DNA of 64,000 bases from assembly GCA_013239625.1 (NCBI GenBank), contig MU054323.1, positions 16,434,029 through 16,498,028 on the forward strand, given 5' to 3'. Positions 61,941 through 64,000 of this stretch are shown one piece after another. The first letter of the stretch is position 1, and every line of letters begins with the position of its first letter. Source of the DNA: Lama guanicoe (Eukaryota). Position numbers and translations under genes: made by a program. Below the pieces are notes generated by a model. The model had not been told where the DNA came from, made no database searches, and worked only from the letters and a program-made list of their open reading frames with translations.

Positions 61941-64000
61941 TTTGTTTTGTTTGTTTGCTTAAGGAACAGGCTTCCTTTTCAATAGAATCTTTCATTCAAG
62001 CTCCAAAGGACAAAAGAGATAGATGAGGAGCAGCTCCTATGATATGGAGGGAGGGAGTTTTGGGGCTTAGTCTGCTCAGCACTTAGGGCTCCCTACAAAC
62101 GGCCATCAAAAAGCCAACCTGCAAGACAAAGGGTAGACACCTATGGACAGATGTGATCCAGTGCTGTTCGCATATCTTAAAGGTCCATCTGGCAACACAG
62201 TGGGGAATGAAGAGACAGGAAGCAGGGAAACCCATCCGGGACCTATATTCACACAAGTGATGACAGGGCCCAAAGAAAGGAGGTCAGAGTGGGAATGAGC
62301 TGGAGACAGTTCTAAGGTAGGATTGTTGGTCGTTGAATGTGGGAGGAAGGGAAGGGTACATTGAGGGTGATCCTGAAGTTTCCTTCCAGCAGTGGTGAGA
62401 CGAGCAATAATATTTGAGCTCCCAGATCCATTTGACAAGAATATTTCTTCTAGATTTTAGAATGAGTGGTTTTATTCTAATAAAGGACTCTGCAGTCAAG
62501 TTTGGAATGTGCTGGAGTCTCATGAAGAAAGGAAATGCCATGAATAGAGGATTTGCTTTTAAGATCTTGCCTGTTTTTGGATTTGGGTAGATGCAGAACA
62601 GGAATGAACAGTTGTTTAAATGATCCCCTTGGGCCCTCTCTTTTGTTCCTCCTGTCTAATCGGTAGTAAGTGGGAGACACCACTCTAGTACTGTCAACCA
62701 AATCTGAGCTACTACCTCTTTCTGCTCCAGATGTTTTTTGAGGAATACATAAAAGACGTAGATTATTGTTCTTAAAAAAAATCTGAGAAATTTCAAAATC
62801 AGGCTTATTATGTGGAGGGCTTGTTGGCAGTTTGAGTTTTACAGCCTCCAAGATAAAGTATTTTGATGGAAAACATTTTCTTAATTTTCATCTGTAAACT
62901 CCTGGAACTCACATTCACCAGGAAGGAAGAATGTCTTATTTCCGGAAATGAATGCTAAAACTACCCTTGTCTCCCACTTCTTGCACCTTCTGAGTTAGAC
63001 CAAGGAGAAAAGTAGCATAAAGCAGCTTTGTTTCTTCTTTGGAGGAAGCAATTCTATAATCATAAAGAGCATATTCTAGCACCAAATAATTAAGTACTTT
63101 CTGTTTGCCCTCTGCTAGTTGGCCAGAATGCACGCCAACACTGGGGTATCCTAGCGTGAACAAGAACGCTATTTTGGTCTGTTGTAAAGAACTGTGGAAA
63201 GCAGATTTTGGACTGTTTCATCACATCCGTCAGCAACCACAAAACAAATGTTATTTCGAAATGAAGACTATGGATGTAGAAATACTAAAAACTAAATAAA
63301 ATGAAGATCATAGAGTCATTTTTATAGTTTAATGAGTATGCTTACTACCAAAGTTTTGCCTTTTTTTTTTCAAACCGAATGTTTCTACACAGTGTTGGGT
63401 GTTTGCAAAGTTTGATGAGGGCCAGGTGCAGTGCAGGAATTGAAGAATTCCACTGCTGCTGTCTCCAAACACTGGTGGGAGAGGGGAGGACAGAACAGTC
63501 CATTATATGAGTAATACCAAACAACCTTTCTTAAAATGAAATAAAGACTCTGTTACCTAGAGAATTCAATAATTACAAGAAAATTAGATTCCTTCCTGGA
63601 GAATTTCTCTGGAGAATATGGTCATTTTCAAAAAAAAAACTATAAGTGCTTTTAACAGTGGCAACACAGTCCCCGGAGAAGGAGGGGCTTCATAAAGTGA
63701 CTAAAGTGGCCATCTGATGCTGCTCCTCTGACCCCACATACCCTGTGGTATATGTACACTTTATCTTTGTGTCTTCCTCTGGACTTTAAGTAGGAAATTT
63801 TGGTCAAGAATCTCTAGGGTTCTCTCCGTTAATGGAATTAAATGCTTGTAAGAGTCTATGATTTATAGTAGGCATTAAATGTTACCACCATTTCACAGAA
63901 CTATTAATTTCAATGAGTTAACAATTTTGCTTTCCTTAAATAAACAAATAGAAATGCTATAATGATGAAGAGTATTGGACTAAATTCCACTGGTGCTGGT

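Noticed and set aside
1..64000. tRNA, rRNA, snRNA, NUMT, processed pseudogene, CRISPR array or prokaryotic system
   Set aside because: None recognised by eye; the sequence is mammalian and repeat-rich. Small RNAs could be missed without an Rfam or tRNAscan search

Overview
Mammalian (eutherian) genomic DNA, probably camelid or another non-ruminant cetartiodactyl. This is inferred from artiodactyl-type young L1 3' ends and the absence of any recognisable Alu, B1, Bov-tA/A2, PRE1 or SINEC. The window is almost entirely non-coding. The one clear gene feature is a CpG island (~8120-9830) holding a minus-strand first exon that ends ATG-CT|GTGAGT (8690-8686) just downstream of a six-GC-box cluster. 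The island may also carry a divergent plus-strand first exon (donor at 9819). I could not identify the gene, and I found no convincing internal coding exon. The rest is intron or intergenic DNA full of interspersed repeats (MIR, L2, old L1M, MLT1/ERVL LTRs, MER2, MER5, MER104). It also has three young L1 insertions of one family, each with an exact target-site duplication (TSD). One carries an internal ~1.2 kb ORF2 deletion, and one is only 58 bp and sits in a three-layer nest. I found no evidence of a new biological system. The best leads are the unidentified promoter, a motif-dense unique block at ~49.4-51.2 kb, the unusual L1 structures and a 242-nt pure pyrimidine tract. Repeat family names are from memory of consensus sequences, and boundaries without TSDs are approximate.
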